From positions 190,038,720-190,102,719 of the forward strand of contig NC_068982.1 in the NCBI RefSeq assembly GCF_001194135.2: a stretch of DNA of 64,000 nucleotides, written 5' to 3'. The notes beneath the pieces are model-generated. The model did not search any database. It was not told the DNA's origin and saw nothing but the letters and a program-made list of their open reading frames with translations. The first letter of the stretch is position 1, and each line of letters begins with the position of its first letter. The translations under genes were made by a program, and so were the position numbers. Positions 40,613-52,265 of this stretch are shown here, piece by piece. The stretch comes from Octopus bimaculoides. Taxonomy: Eukaryota.

Positions 40613-40764
40613 TAAACCTTTCATGGGCCCTTAAAATACTACAGTGGATCTCCAATTTACTATTTTGCTTGTGCGAACCCCAAAAGTTTTATATGCCCCC
40701 CCCCCCCACTCAGAGGGGTCGTATAGACCCTAGTTGAGAACCATGGATTTAAAGATTACAAGAG

Positions 40765-41045
40765 GAGAAAATTATTAGAAAATTACGTGAGATATTCAGC
40801 AACAGTATTCTGTAGTAACATGGCAGTCCTGGTTTAGGACGAATGTTGCTGTAATTTAGCCCCAGGAGACATAGATATTGTTTTGAGCTGAGTGGGGGTG
40901 CTAGATTCCCTTGCTTGAAAATATAAGGACACAGATTGTGTCGTATAGCCAGCTGGGGATGATGTCACCTGGGGCTAAATTACAGCAACATTACTCCTTA
41001 ACCAGGACTGCCACGTTATGTTGGCAAACAATCTTTATGAGAAAA
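40765..41045. mobile_element. MITE family F with long terminal inverted repeats
   Basis: 40817-40872 is the reverse complement of 40962-41017 (AACATGGCAGTCCTGGTT...TTAGCCCCAGG). Left-arm copies at ~9672-9792 and 63828-64000. Confidence 0.75.
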
Positions 41046-41167
41046 TTATTATAATTATTAACGAGAGTTGAACACCTGAAAAACAAGACCAACAACAACA
41101 ACAAAGCAAAGGGAATATGTAAAAAAAAGACAAAAAGAGATAAAAAAAAGATGTAGAATTACTTTAC

Positions 41168-41282
41168 CAATAATGGCATCAATGGATTGTGTTGCTATAG
41201 AACTGTTAACGACGACGCCACCCAGTTTCGTCTTTTTACCATAATAGAGATCATTGGGCCATTTCACTCTCAGATCCAGTTC
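41168..41282 (-). CDS. HLCS: HLCS coding exon 9 (ELDLRVKWPNDLYYGKKTKLGGVVVNS...IDAII)
   Basis: Acceptor ttttggcag|GAA and donor G|gtaaag; 115 nt, phase 0-1. Contains the KWPND and K.GG.V.NS catalytic motifs. Confidence 0.97.
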
Positions 41283-41532
41283 CTGCCAAAACGAACCAAA
41301 ATATTCCAGTTTTTAGAAACACCATTATAACATTTGATCATTTATAGTCGTTCATGCAGAATTACCAATATTTCAATATTTGGCAAAAGTCTTCATTTCG
41401 TACACGTCTTATACTCATTATTATTCCTTTACCAAAATTTAGATTTCAAAATTGAAATCGTTTGGGGAGTTTTTGCAAGGACTTGTAAGAATTCTGGGAA
41501 ATCACAGAAACTTTTACTCCACATAAAATATT

Positions 41533-41945
41533 GGTGGTGATGATGATGATGATGATGATGTAGTGATGATGATGATGATGATGTGGTAGTGGCGGTGGCG
41601 GTGTTGATGATGATGTGGTAGTGGTGGTGATGATGATGTGGTGATGATGATGATGATGTGGTGATGATGATGATGATGTGGTAGTGGCGGTGGTGGTGAT
41701 GATAATGATAATGATGATGATGTGGTAGTGATGATGATGATGTGATGGTGGTGGTGATGATGATAATGTGATGATGATGTTGATGATGATGATGTGGTGA
41801 TGATGATGATGATGATGTAATGATGATGTGGTGGTGGTGATGACTTTAATGCTGCTCCTGATGACAATGATGGTGATGATGACTACAATACTGTTACTGA
41901 TGATGAGAGCAACAATCTTGATGATGATGATGATGATGAATGATT
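41533..41945. repeat. Compound (GAT)n/(GTG)n trinucleotide array
   Basis: Visible directly; it produces the His/Ile/Ser-rich ORF 41514-41867. Confidence 0.9.
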
Positions 41946-43127
41946 ACGGTCATGATCCCATCACAAGAATCACCAGCACCCAAAGAAGGCGGTGGGGGGG
42001 AGCACTAATATTCCCCCCTCATCCCCACCACCATTAGGTTACTTCTCTCCCCCCCCTCCGTTGCACTCAATACAGTTTCTTTCCTCTAATTTATTTCCAA
42101 TAACCACTGTTTCTTTTTTTTGTTTTTCTTTGGTTTACATTTGTTTACATTCTTTCTCCTACAAAAAATACTTTCTTTCTGTCTTTCTTTTTTTTAGTCG
42201 GGGGGGGGGGAAGGCGAGGTGTTCCTATGGTTTTTGTTGTTTGTATTTTTTTGACTTTATTGCTAAAATATGCTAAAACAACATTGTAGAAGAAGAAGCA
42301 CAATAGAAAAAGAGTCGTGAATTCTACTTAGCGTGGAAGATGTAAGTGCGGAGACTTACAGAAAATGGTAACACGAGAACCATGCAGTGTCCATGGCCGC
42401 AACAATTTTTACCCAGCCACCCCCCCACTTCCAGCACAGATACCCACCACCACCACCACCTATTCACTCATCTCTGAGGTTTTATACTTTGGCCTTTTGT
42501 TGTTTTGGTTATATTTTCATTGAGAAGGAAAGGGAGGGGGGTCTTTGTTATTCTTGTGCTCTTTTTTTTTTTCTTTTTGGGTCTTTTTTTTTTCCTTTTC
42601 GTTTTATTTTTCTTTCCGGAAGCATCATTAATGGCCTGTTCAATATTCAGCATCACAGAGTTGCCATTCTCTTTGAGGGAGGATACAGTAACAGAATTTG
42701 CATCACTGGAATTGTTAGTACAGGGCTGGCGTTACGAAACAGGACACCAACAGCAAACAAAACAGGTTCAATTTGAGCTGATGATCTTCACACATTCCAT
42801 TTACTTAAAATGGAAGCAACCAGTTCAAAGCCAGAGATACAGAGCACAGGAGGTGTTGTAGCTGTCACAGGTTCTCATCACAGATAAGGTACTGATTTAA
42901 ATCTAAACAGAATAATAGACATCAATTGTGTCTACAGCTACATCACAACAGTTTCAACGCAAGGCATTTGTTTACTTGCTCAACAGTCTGGCCCCATAAG
43001 CTTCCATTTTGCTCACTTTCGCTCAAACACACACAATTTCATCTGTGTAAAAAAAAACTAAAACTGTAAATCTCTTGCTGGACTAAAGAGACATTTCCCA
43101 TCACACAACAAGCAATCTCAAACCACC

Positions 43128-43284
43128 TTCTAGAACAGTGCTTCCCAACATGGGGTCAACTGGGGGTCTGTGAACTAAATTCAAAATTTCATATACATAC
43201 ATATATACATAAGGATAAACATATCACAAGGGGTCTGTGGGAAAACTCATTTAAATAAAAGGGTTGGGAACCCTTGTTCTAGTA
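43128..43284. mobile_element. hAT (Charlie-type) MITE with 8-bp target-site duplication
   Basis: Termini CAGTGCTTCCCAAC (43136) and GTTGGGAACCCTTG (43276); flanks TTCTAGAA and TTCTAGTA fit the NTCTAGAN preference of Charlie elements. Confidence 0.85.
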
Positions 43285-43572
43285 ATTCTAAATTGTAAAT
43301 GTTCAGCTCCATATTACCTGTGAGTTTGTGTGCTGATGTCTGTGTCCTGTGTTAATGCTGGTGTCAAGAAGAGTCATTCTCAATTAATGAGTTGACACCA
43401 ATCATATACACACACATATACATGTTTTATGTTATGCCTAGAAGCAGTACAGGGTATATGAGAATTTTTGACCTGAGAGTCAAATATAACAAATGACTCC
43501 AAACCATCGTTAGGGTATCTGCATAAATGGAGCCAAGATTGGTTAGTTTGTACTAGAATTGAATTGTATTAG

Positions 43573-43804
43573 TTGTAATAATGAAGTCAAACACCAAATA
43601 AGGATCTTTTGAAGTCATTTAATACATATGTTTCAGGTTTGTGTAATAAATTGCGTAAACCTTCCTCAGTTAAAACATTTCAAAATGTTTAAACTGAGGA
43701 AGGTTTATGTAATGGATGCATTTCCTGTTGTCGCATAAACCCGAAACATATGTATTAAATGATTTCAAAAGATCCCTATTTGGTGTTTGACTTTATTATT
43801 ACAA
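43573..43804. mobile_element. Fold-back (MITE-like) element with ~71-bp outer arms and an inner 25-bp hairpin
   Basis: 43573-43643 pairs with 43734-43804; 43656-43680 pairs with 43683-43707. Confidence 0.8.
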
Positions 43805-44240
43805 TTATATTTATGTGTCTTTGTGTTTGTTTGTCCCCCACCCCCACCACTTGGCAACCAGTGTTTGTGTGTTTACGTCCCTGTAACTTAGTGGTTCAGC
43901 AAAAGTGACCAATACAATATGCACCAGGCTTTACCAAAAGTAAGTACTGGGGTCGATTCATTCAACTAGCAAAATTGTTCAAGGCAGTGCTCCAGCATGG
44001 CCAGTCTAATGACTGGAACAAGCAAAAGATAAAAAATTTGTTTCGTGTTTTGGAACATAATTTGAAATTTTCCTGTAAAGTTTTTAGATCCCTTTAAAAC
44101 GGGGTTTGCTTCATAGAACCAAGGGTCAGCCTCGGATGAGTCAGTCTCAAAAGGGTTAAAGACGTAAATTTTTAGAGAGACTGAAATTATTTTTGTTTCA
44201 AATTTTGGTACAAGGCCATCAATTTCATTATATATAGTGC

Positions 44241-44580
44241 GAAGCCGCATGGCTCAGTGGTTAGAGCATCAAGTTTACAATCATGAGGTTGTGAGTTCGA
44301 ATCCCGGACTGGGCTGCATGTTGTGTTCTTGAGCAAGACACTTTATTTCATGTTGTTCCAGTTCACTCAGCTGTAGAAATGAGTTGCGACGCCATAGGTG
44401 CCAAGCTGTATCGGCCCCTTTGCCTTTGCCTTGGATAAAACTGGTGGCATGGAGAAAGGAGGCCGGTATCCATGGGCGACTGCTGGTCTTCCATAAACAA
44501 CCTTGCCCGGACTTGTGCCTGAGAGGGTAACTTGCTAGGTGCAATCCCATGGTCAGTCATGACCGAAGGGGGTCTCAGCA
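44241..44580 (+). mobile_element. Full-length tRNA-derived SINE, family D
   Basis: A-box-like TGGCTCAGTGG and B-box-like GAGTTCGAATCC; co-linear along its whole length with 62511-62850. Confidence 0.85.
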
Positions 44581-45132
44581 ATATATATATAGCATATATA
44601 GTAGAAACAATAGACATGGATGATAGAGTTTACTGGAAACTTTATTTATCACAATGATTGTTATGACACTTCCTGCACTGCACCTTCGTGGATGGGGAAC
44701 TAAACAACAAATCACAGTGGATGACACCAGGTAGCCATAGGCAGCGAAAGTGCTTTGTCAGCATACTACTAGGGAAATACACCTGGTAGATTCAAAGACT
44801 GCATCATGCTTCAGTGTCCCCTTTGTGCGACTAGCATGAGTGAGGCTACCAGACTATGAGCCGCATGAGGATGACTTTATGCTAGGAGATAGAAGCAGAA
44901 GCATGAGTGAAGGGGCCAAATCAAAACAAGTTTCTTGCTGCAGAGGAGGTGGATGACAAATCACATTGGGGTCTTGATGATGATGATTTTGCTCTGCTTC
45001 CTAACCACATGTTTCCAGGTTCAATCCTACTGTGTGGTACTTTGGGCAAGTGGCTTCTACTGTAGCGTCATGCCAGCCAGAGCCTTGTGAGAGGACTTGG
45101 CAAACAGAAACTGGAAGAAGCCTGTCATATGT

Positions 45133-45176
<44 letters not shown>

Positions 45177-45901
45177 TACACTAATGCTTGACAACAGGTG
45201 TTGGTTTGTTTACATCTCTGTAACTTAGTGGTTTGACAAAAATGGCCCATAAAATAAGTACAAGGATTTAAAAACAAAAAATAAGTACTGGGGTCAATCT
45301 ATTCAACTAAATTTCCTCAAGGCAATGCCTCTTCTTTGTCCCTCACTCCACTCCATTGACCACTTAGTCCTCCACCCAGTCCCCTTTATCTCCATCTCTC
45401 TCCATCTGTCAAACTCCTTTCACATTCTCACCTCTTCAGCTACTCTTTCTCTTCTTCTTGTATGTTCAGGGTGACGCCCCAGTGCCTCATTACCACCATC
45501 CCTTTTTCCCTCTTTTCAGCTTGGGAAACCATGTATCTTCTCTAAAGCAAGACATTCATTTCTATCTTTCCATCATACTTCAACCTCTCAACATCTGGCA
45601 TCAAGCCACCTTCCTTGATGCCAGACTCCCACCCTCTCTGACAAGGTCTTGTCTTGTGGGTCACCTCTCAGTGACCGCAGTAGTACAGGTGCCATGCAAA
45701 AAGTGCCACGCCAAAGCAGACACTGGTGCTCAATGCAGATCTCTGGCTGAGGCAGATCCTGTTGAATTGTCCAACCCATGCCAGCACAGAAGACAGATGT
45801 TAAACAATGACAATGATATGTGTGTGTATACATACACATTCAAGTACATAAATATATGAGTTTCTGCATGTGTGTGTGTGTGTGTATCTATCTATCTTAC
45901 A

Positions 45902-45950
<49 letters not shown>

Positions 45951-46734
45951 CATACATACATGTATATAAAGGAATACAAAAGATGGGACAAGAACGCAAA
46001 ACATCCAGACAGATGATACAAAAAAGGGATGAGAAAAAACAAGGACGGGTTATNNNNNNNNNNNNNNNNNNNNNNNNNNNNNNNNNNNNNNNNNNNNNNN
46101 NNNNNNNNNNNNNNNNNNNNNNNNNNNNNNNNNNNNNNNNNNNNNNNNNNNNNNNNNNNNNNNNNNNNNNNNNNNNNNNNNNNNNNNNNNNNNNNNNNNN
46201 NNNNNNNNNNNNNNNNNNNNNNNNNNNNNNNNNNNNNNNNNNNNNNNNNNNNNNNNNNNNNNNNNNNNNNNNNNNNNNNNNTATATACACATAAACATAC
46301 ATGTGCATGCGTGTGCATGTGTGTAGAAATGCTATATAGACATTGTATTTAATATATATTCTGTAGTACTATTTATTTTAAAATGGAAACTGCTCATGCT
46401 TTAAATACCATTCCACCACCACCACCACCACCACCATCACCATTGCAATGATCTCCACTTCCACCACCACAACCACCACCATCATCTCGTACTCAAGGGA
46501 GGGAGTGGGGAGAGTGGAGGGAAAATTTTATGATTGCCATTAATAATTTTAACATGTAATTTCTCATGCAAGCCTTTGGAAGTCTTTTAAGGTGATTCTG
46601 TTGTGAATATTTACTAGGAACCAGTTTGGCAATTCAAAAACAGCCCATAATTATGTCTAACATGAGCAAATATGGTGAGAAAATGCAAATTAAAATTGGG
46701 ATATAAACGAATTATTGGTGAATGTTTGCACACG

Positions 46735-46758
46735 AGAGAGAGAGAGAGAAAGAGAGAG

Positions 46759-46806
<48 letters not shown>

Positions 46807-47215
46807 AAGTTCACAACGATTACCATCAACAACTGCCTCCCCACCAGCATCATGGCCATCCACCACTTCCACTGCCTCCACCACCATCACTTACAACTGC
46901 AGCAGCAACTCAAGTATTTTCCTCCTCCATGTTTTTTGCATCAGCACAAATTAACAACACTATCTTCCATCTCTTCATGCATCTTGTGCATGTGTGTGTG
47001 TGGGGGGGGAGTGTGTGTGTGTGTGTGTTTGGATGTGTGGGGGAGTGTGTGTGTGTGGGTGCGTGGGAAGAGTGTGTGTGTGTTTGTGAGAGAGAGAGAG
47101 TGTGTGCTATTGTATGTGTGTGTGTGTGTGTGTCTGAGTGCGTGTGTATGAGTGTGTTTGTGTGTGTGTGTCTGAGTGTGTGTGTGTGTGTGTGAGTGTG
47201 TGAGCACAAGCACAA

Positions 47216-47253
<38 letters not shown>

Positions 47254-47290
47254 ATCCATGTGTGTGCACGTGAGTGCATGTGCATGAGTG
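46735..47290. repeat. (GA)n/(TG)n microsatellite cluster with a (CAC)n-rich insert
   Basis: Visible directly. Confidence 0.85.
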
Positions 47291-48299
47291 TGTAACTCGT
47301 CTGACTCATTGGTGGAAAACCATTTTAAGTTCCAGGCTCCGAGGTGATCTTCACAAGCGCTGATGCCATGAGAAACTCCACCCAGAGGGTATGCTGTTCA
47401 GTGGGTGGCATTGGGAAGGGCATCCAACTGTAGAAACCATTCCACGGCAGATGCTGGAACAGGATGCAGTCCTCCAACTCACTGCGTCCTGTCAAAGCAT
47501 GCAACCCAAACTAGTCCAGAAGCCAAATATTAAATGATGGTGACAGAGAGGACTGCAGTCTCTAACCCAAACACCTTGTCTCGCTCTCTTCCCCTCACAC
47601 TGCTACTTCCTCCTCCCAACTGAGGAGGCTTTTGCTGTGCAAGTTACGTGGTGAACCTGTTGGTTCTGGAGTCACATAAGAAATGAAGTCTAACCAAAGC
47701 AAAGCAAATATGTTAATGTTTTTTTTTGTGTCCAGGACATACATGTACACACACAGCAGAATAAAACAGTGATAAACGTTCCTTCCAATTATAGGAAAAG
47801 GTCTGGTGGGCTAACGATTCTGCTGGCTGTGCTGGTGGCACGTAAAAAGATACCTGCTTGACTGGCTCCTGTGCCAGTGGCACGTAAAAAGCACCCACTA
47901 CATTCTCGGAGTGGTTGGCATTAGGAAAGGCAAGCAGCTGTAGAAACCTTGCTAGATCAGACTGGAGCCTGGTGCAGACCCCTGGCTTGCCAGTCCTCAG
48001 TCAAACTGTCCAACCCATGCCAGCATGGAAAGCAGATGTTAAATGAAGATGATGATGATAACGATGATGTGTATGTGTGTATGTATTATATACACACAAT
48101 TATACAGAGTCTTGGAACATTTTGTAGCTTCGTATTGTGTGTGTTAAGCACAAAAACAAGTTATTCTCTAACATAGATGCATTTGTATCTCTAAAAATAC
48201 ACACCCCCAACTAGATTCCACAGCCATACAATGATCCCTCATTCCAACCCCATCCCTCACCCCCGCAATAGGTGAAAACTCATAAATTAGAAATAGTAC

Positions 48300-48693
48300 T
48301 TTCGTTTATTCATTTCAGTTACTTGAGTGTGGCCATGCTGGAGCACTAACCTTTAGTCAAGCAAATCGACTCCAGGACTTATTCTTTGTAAGCCTAGTAC
48401 TTATTCTATCGGTCTCTTTTGCCAAACTGCTAAGTTATGGGGACATAAACACACCAGCATCAGTTGTCAAGCGATGTTGGGGGGGACAAACACAGACACA
48501 GAACCATACACACCCACACACACACACACACATACATGATGGGCTTCTTTCAGTTTCCGTCTACCAAATCCACTCACAAAGCTTTGGTTGGCCCGGGGCT
48601 ATAGTGGAAGACACTTGCCCAAAGTGCCACGCAGTGGAACTGAACCCAGAATCATGTAGTTGGTAAGCAAGCTACTTACCACACAGCCACTCC
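48300..48693 (-). mobile_element. Full-length family A SINE
   Basis: Reverse complement of the 10597-10972 structure, with an internal (CA)n. Confidence 0.85.
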
Positions 48694-48863
48694 TTTATTA
48701 TTTTTATAATTTGTATATATTTATTTTATTATAAATGCAAAACAACACCACAGAGAAAGCTTAAATAATAAACTGCGATAGGTGAACCGCGATATGGCGA
48801 AGGATTCCTGTCCACACCTGAATATACACCTGAAAGCCAAGTAAATAAAACACTTAATACAAC

Positions 48864-48894
<31 letters not shown>

Positions 48895-48925
48895 GGAAAT
48901 CAATAAAGTTTCGTTGGAGACAAAC

Positions 48926-49086
48926 CTCATATCCTGGCAGTGTCCTGACACTGCGGACCACAGAAACCGTGACAATATGCTGCAGGAAGACAGGATTGCT
49001 ACCAAGTAATGAACTGCGATCAAGTTGAACATGAAGAGTGAACATAGCACAGCCAACGGGACTCAACCACTGGTTACCACCACGGC
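48926..49086 (-). CDS. HLCS: HLCS coding exon 8 (biotin-binding GRGGNQWLSPVGCAM...TLPGYE)
   Basis: Acceptor gttgtatag|GC and donor GAG|gtttgt; 161 nt, phase 1-0. Carries the GRGG..W.SP.GC motif of biotin protein ligases. Confidence 0.97.
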
Positions 49087-49464
49087 CTATACAACAAAGG
49101 GTAAAATATAAAAAAGTAGGATTAAATTGTGGCAATTTAAGACTTTAATAATGTCATTTTATGAAAATCTGGTAAACTCGATTGAGACAGTATTAAAATG
49201 GCCGAGTAATAGATGTGTATCGTACACAATGTATGAAGAGAGTGCAAGGCAGGTGGACAGGTCCACCTTGTTCGAATGCCAGAGACACGACTCCCCAACT
49301 TTAAAAAAAAATGATGGCTTCAATATTTGGGGGGAAGACTTCAGTGCGCCTTACATTGAAAAGGTAGACAATTGCTGCCCCAGAAGGAAGTGACCAAACG
49401 AAGAATGAAAGACATTAATAAACGAATAAAAAACATTGGACAATAGGGAGTTAGCAGAAACAGT

Positions 49465-49569
49465 AGAAGACCAGAACGATCAATTCTATGGCTATTTCTA
49501 GAAGACCAGAAAGACTTATTCTTTGGCTATTTCCAGAACACCAGAACAATTGATTCTATGGCTATTTCT
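49465..49569. repeat. 35-bp minisatellite, three diverged copies (AGAAGACCAGAACGATCAATTCTATGGCTATTTCT)
   Basis: Units at 49465-49499, 49500-49534 and 49535-49569. Confidence 0.9.
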
Positions 49570-51125
49570 ACTTTTCTGCCAACCAAGCAATTTAACTTTT
49601 CTCCCGAGTCCAAAACAGGAATTTGACAAATTGTTAAACAAGGGAGGCAACTCTTGCACACCAATCTTAGCGTTTGTAAAGATAACACTTCTCAGAAATG
49701 AAAATAGAGGAAAAGAATAACTTAGTGGAGCAAGGAACGGCATTTCTTTGTTTTTATGCAACAAATGACGACCATTATCAAGACCGGAAGACTGAAGTGT
49801 CAGAGTGCTTGGCAAGGCCCGGCTTGAGAACAGAGCGGTACCAAGTCTAGTTACAGGAATTAACCTTTCAGCATCTGTTAACATTTTATTTCTCTTAGTA
49901 AAAACAAAAAGGGGGGGGGGGATGTATGAAACGTTAGACTTCTCCCTTTTTATTTCCTGACACCAACCATATTACACAGATTAAAATGTGGATTATTATT
50001 TACCAAAAAATATCGTTAGATTCCTGATTCTTCTGTGGTCTGCCATTTACAGAAATACAAGCAGTTTGCTTGTCTGTTGCTGTCCAGGATAGCCATTGAG
50101 TTAACTACCCCCTGGGCTCCCAACTATTACAGGCTTATACAACAGACCCAAAAGTCCTCCCCACCCCCCTATAAAAGCTTCACCTGGGACAGGCCACATT
50201 CCTTGTCCCCCTTCTCCATTATTCTGCTACAGATACTCAAGGACCATGTGGCAGCATTAATCCAGCCAACATGGATTACATCAGCAATGCAAGTCAGCAT
50301 CATTGTTTTAACATCCATTTTTCCAATGCTTGCTTTGGTCAAATGGAACTCATTGAGACATTTTTCTACAGCCAACCCTCACCTGTTTCCAAACCAAATA
50401 ATATTCCCCCATGGCTGGACTTGTTTCGAACAAGAGACTGCAAATGAAGAACAAAGCTTAAATGATGAGGACAATCGTTTACAACTCTCGCTTGATGCTA
50501 AGACAAGGAGACAAATGCAAAAATACTTAAACAATGAATATCTTTGCCATTCTTTCTCCCAAATCTACTCACAAGATCTTGGTCATCCTGCAACTATAAT
50601 AGGTGGCAGTTATCCAAGATTTCATGCAGTGAGACTGAACCTGAAACCATGGGTTTGGTAAGCAAACTTCTTAACCACACAGCCAGAAGCAAACTTAATA
50701 GCTAAATCACCCCTGCATTCTGTCAGTTTCCACCCATCCTAATGTTAGATAATTGTACAATACAGAGAATGTTTAGCAATCATTTGTTAACCCTTTTGTT
50801 ACCCTATTTCTGTTGAGATGCTCTGGGTCTCTTTCAATTAATTTTAAATATAACAAAGAATTTAGTAAAATGACTTAGTTATCATTAAGCTAGTGTTAAC
50901 ATAAATCGGTGGAAGATTTTTATTCAAAACTTATGAAAACAAGACATTTCTACTACAGAGCCAGTGCTGGTTTCAGAACATTGCTACAATGAAATCTCAA
51001 GGTGATGTCTTACAATTTAAGATTAGCATATTAATGTAAACTTTGAGAAATAAGCAGATATTCTTTAAGAAACTAGGTGAGAAAAAGGAAAAAGAGATAA
51101 AAATAAACAAACTAGAAGCACTGAC

Positions 51126-51193
51126 CTTTGCCGCTTGTTTGTCTTCCAGCTATTGCAATCATCCCAACGGTTTTTGGCACAGATATTAACATC
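51126..51193 (-). CDS. HLCS: HLCS coding exon 7 (MLISVPKTVGMIAIAGRQTSGK; too short for the ORF track)
   Basis: Acceptor ttcttttccag|G and donor G|gtcag; 68 nt, phase 2-1, bridging exons 6 and 8 exactly. Matches recalled human MGLIVIAARQTEGK. Confidence 0.93.
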
Positions 51194-51289
51194 CTGGAAA
51201 AGAACATATATTATAGAGAGAGGGAGAGAGTGGGTGTGTACATGTACATACAATCGATAGCGTGTGTGTGTGTGTGTGTGTGTGCATGA

Positions 51290-51550
51290 GGAGGCACGTA
51301 GCTTAGTGGTTAGGGTGTTGCACTCATGGTTGTGAGATTGTAGGTTCAATACCAGGATGAGGTGATGCATTGTGACCTTGAGCAAGACACTTTATTTCAT
51401 GATGCTCCAGTCCACTTAACTGGCAAAACATGAGTCGTACCAGTAATTCAAAGTGGACCAGCCTTGTCACATTCTGTGTCATGCTGAATCTCCCTCAGAA
51501 CTAACTACCTTAAGGGTACATATGTGGAGTACTCAGCCACTTGCATGTTA
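51290..51550 (+). mobile_element. Family G SINE with intact tRNA-like head
   Basis: GGAGGCACGTAGCTTAGTGGTTAGGG...AGGTTCAATACC, then CCTTGAGCAAGACACTTTATTTCA, a block shared with family D. Confidence 0.75.
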
Positions 51551-52165
51551 ATGCAAGGGTATCCAGCTGTAGAAACCAAACCAAAACAGAGAACTGGGAC
51601 CTGGTGCAGCCCCTGTCAAACCGTCCAACCCATGCTAGCATGGGACACAGATGTTGAATGATCGTGATGTTGCTTTAGTTTCATGCTGGAACCATGTAAG
51701 AAGCAATTGTGCTGGCGCCACATAAAGAGCACTCATACTGGCACTATGTAAAAGACACTTGTGCCAGTTCCATGTAAAATGCACCCAGCACACTCTGGAA
51801 AGTGGCTGGCACATTTGGAAGGGCATCCAACCTTAGAAACCATACCAAAACAGACATGGAGCCTGGTGTGGTCTTGCTAGTTCCTGTCCAACCGTCCAAC
51901 CCATGCCAGCAGGGAAAACAGATGTCTGATGATGATGATGTAATAAATATAACATTATATACAATATATGTACCTGTGCTGATGACACGTTAGAGGCACC
52001 TGGTACATTTTGTGGAGTGGTTGGCATTAGGAAGGGCACCCGGCTGTAGAACCCAATCCAAAATCAGACTGGAGCCTGGTACAGCTCTCTGGCTCACTAG
52101 TTCTAGTCAAACCGTCTAACCCATGCCAACACGGAAAACAGATGCTAAATTATGATGATGATGCT
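51545..52165 (+). mobile_element. Three successive RTE 3'-end copies
   Basis: The CAAACCGTCCAACCCATGC-type block recurs at ~51617, ~51890 and ~52108. Confidence 0.75.
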
Positions 52166-52265
52166 ATACATGTCTAAAACAAGTTTAATGCTCTCCATCC
52201 CAAATGCACCGAAATAAACAATCTGAGAATTTCTCTCGTTAGACATAAAGTGTTGTCATACTTAC

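Noticed and set aside
41514-41867. His/Ile/Ser-rich 117-aa ORF resembling a histidine-rich protein
   Set aside because: Entirely a trinucleotide array with no splice or homology support.
44241-44320. tRNA-like sequences at the heads of families A, C, D and G
   Set aside because: Each continues into a SINE body and lacks a complete cloverleaf; not called as tRNA genes.
48760-48812. AACTGCGATAGGTGAACCGCGATATGGCGAAGGA resembling a Tigger/pogo terminal repeat
   Set aside because: One short end with no partner; too little to call as an element.
49465-49569. CRISPR-like appearance of the 35-bp repeats
   Set aside because: The units are contiguous with no unique spacers, in eukaryotic DNA with no cas genes.
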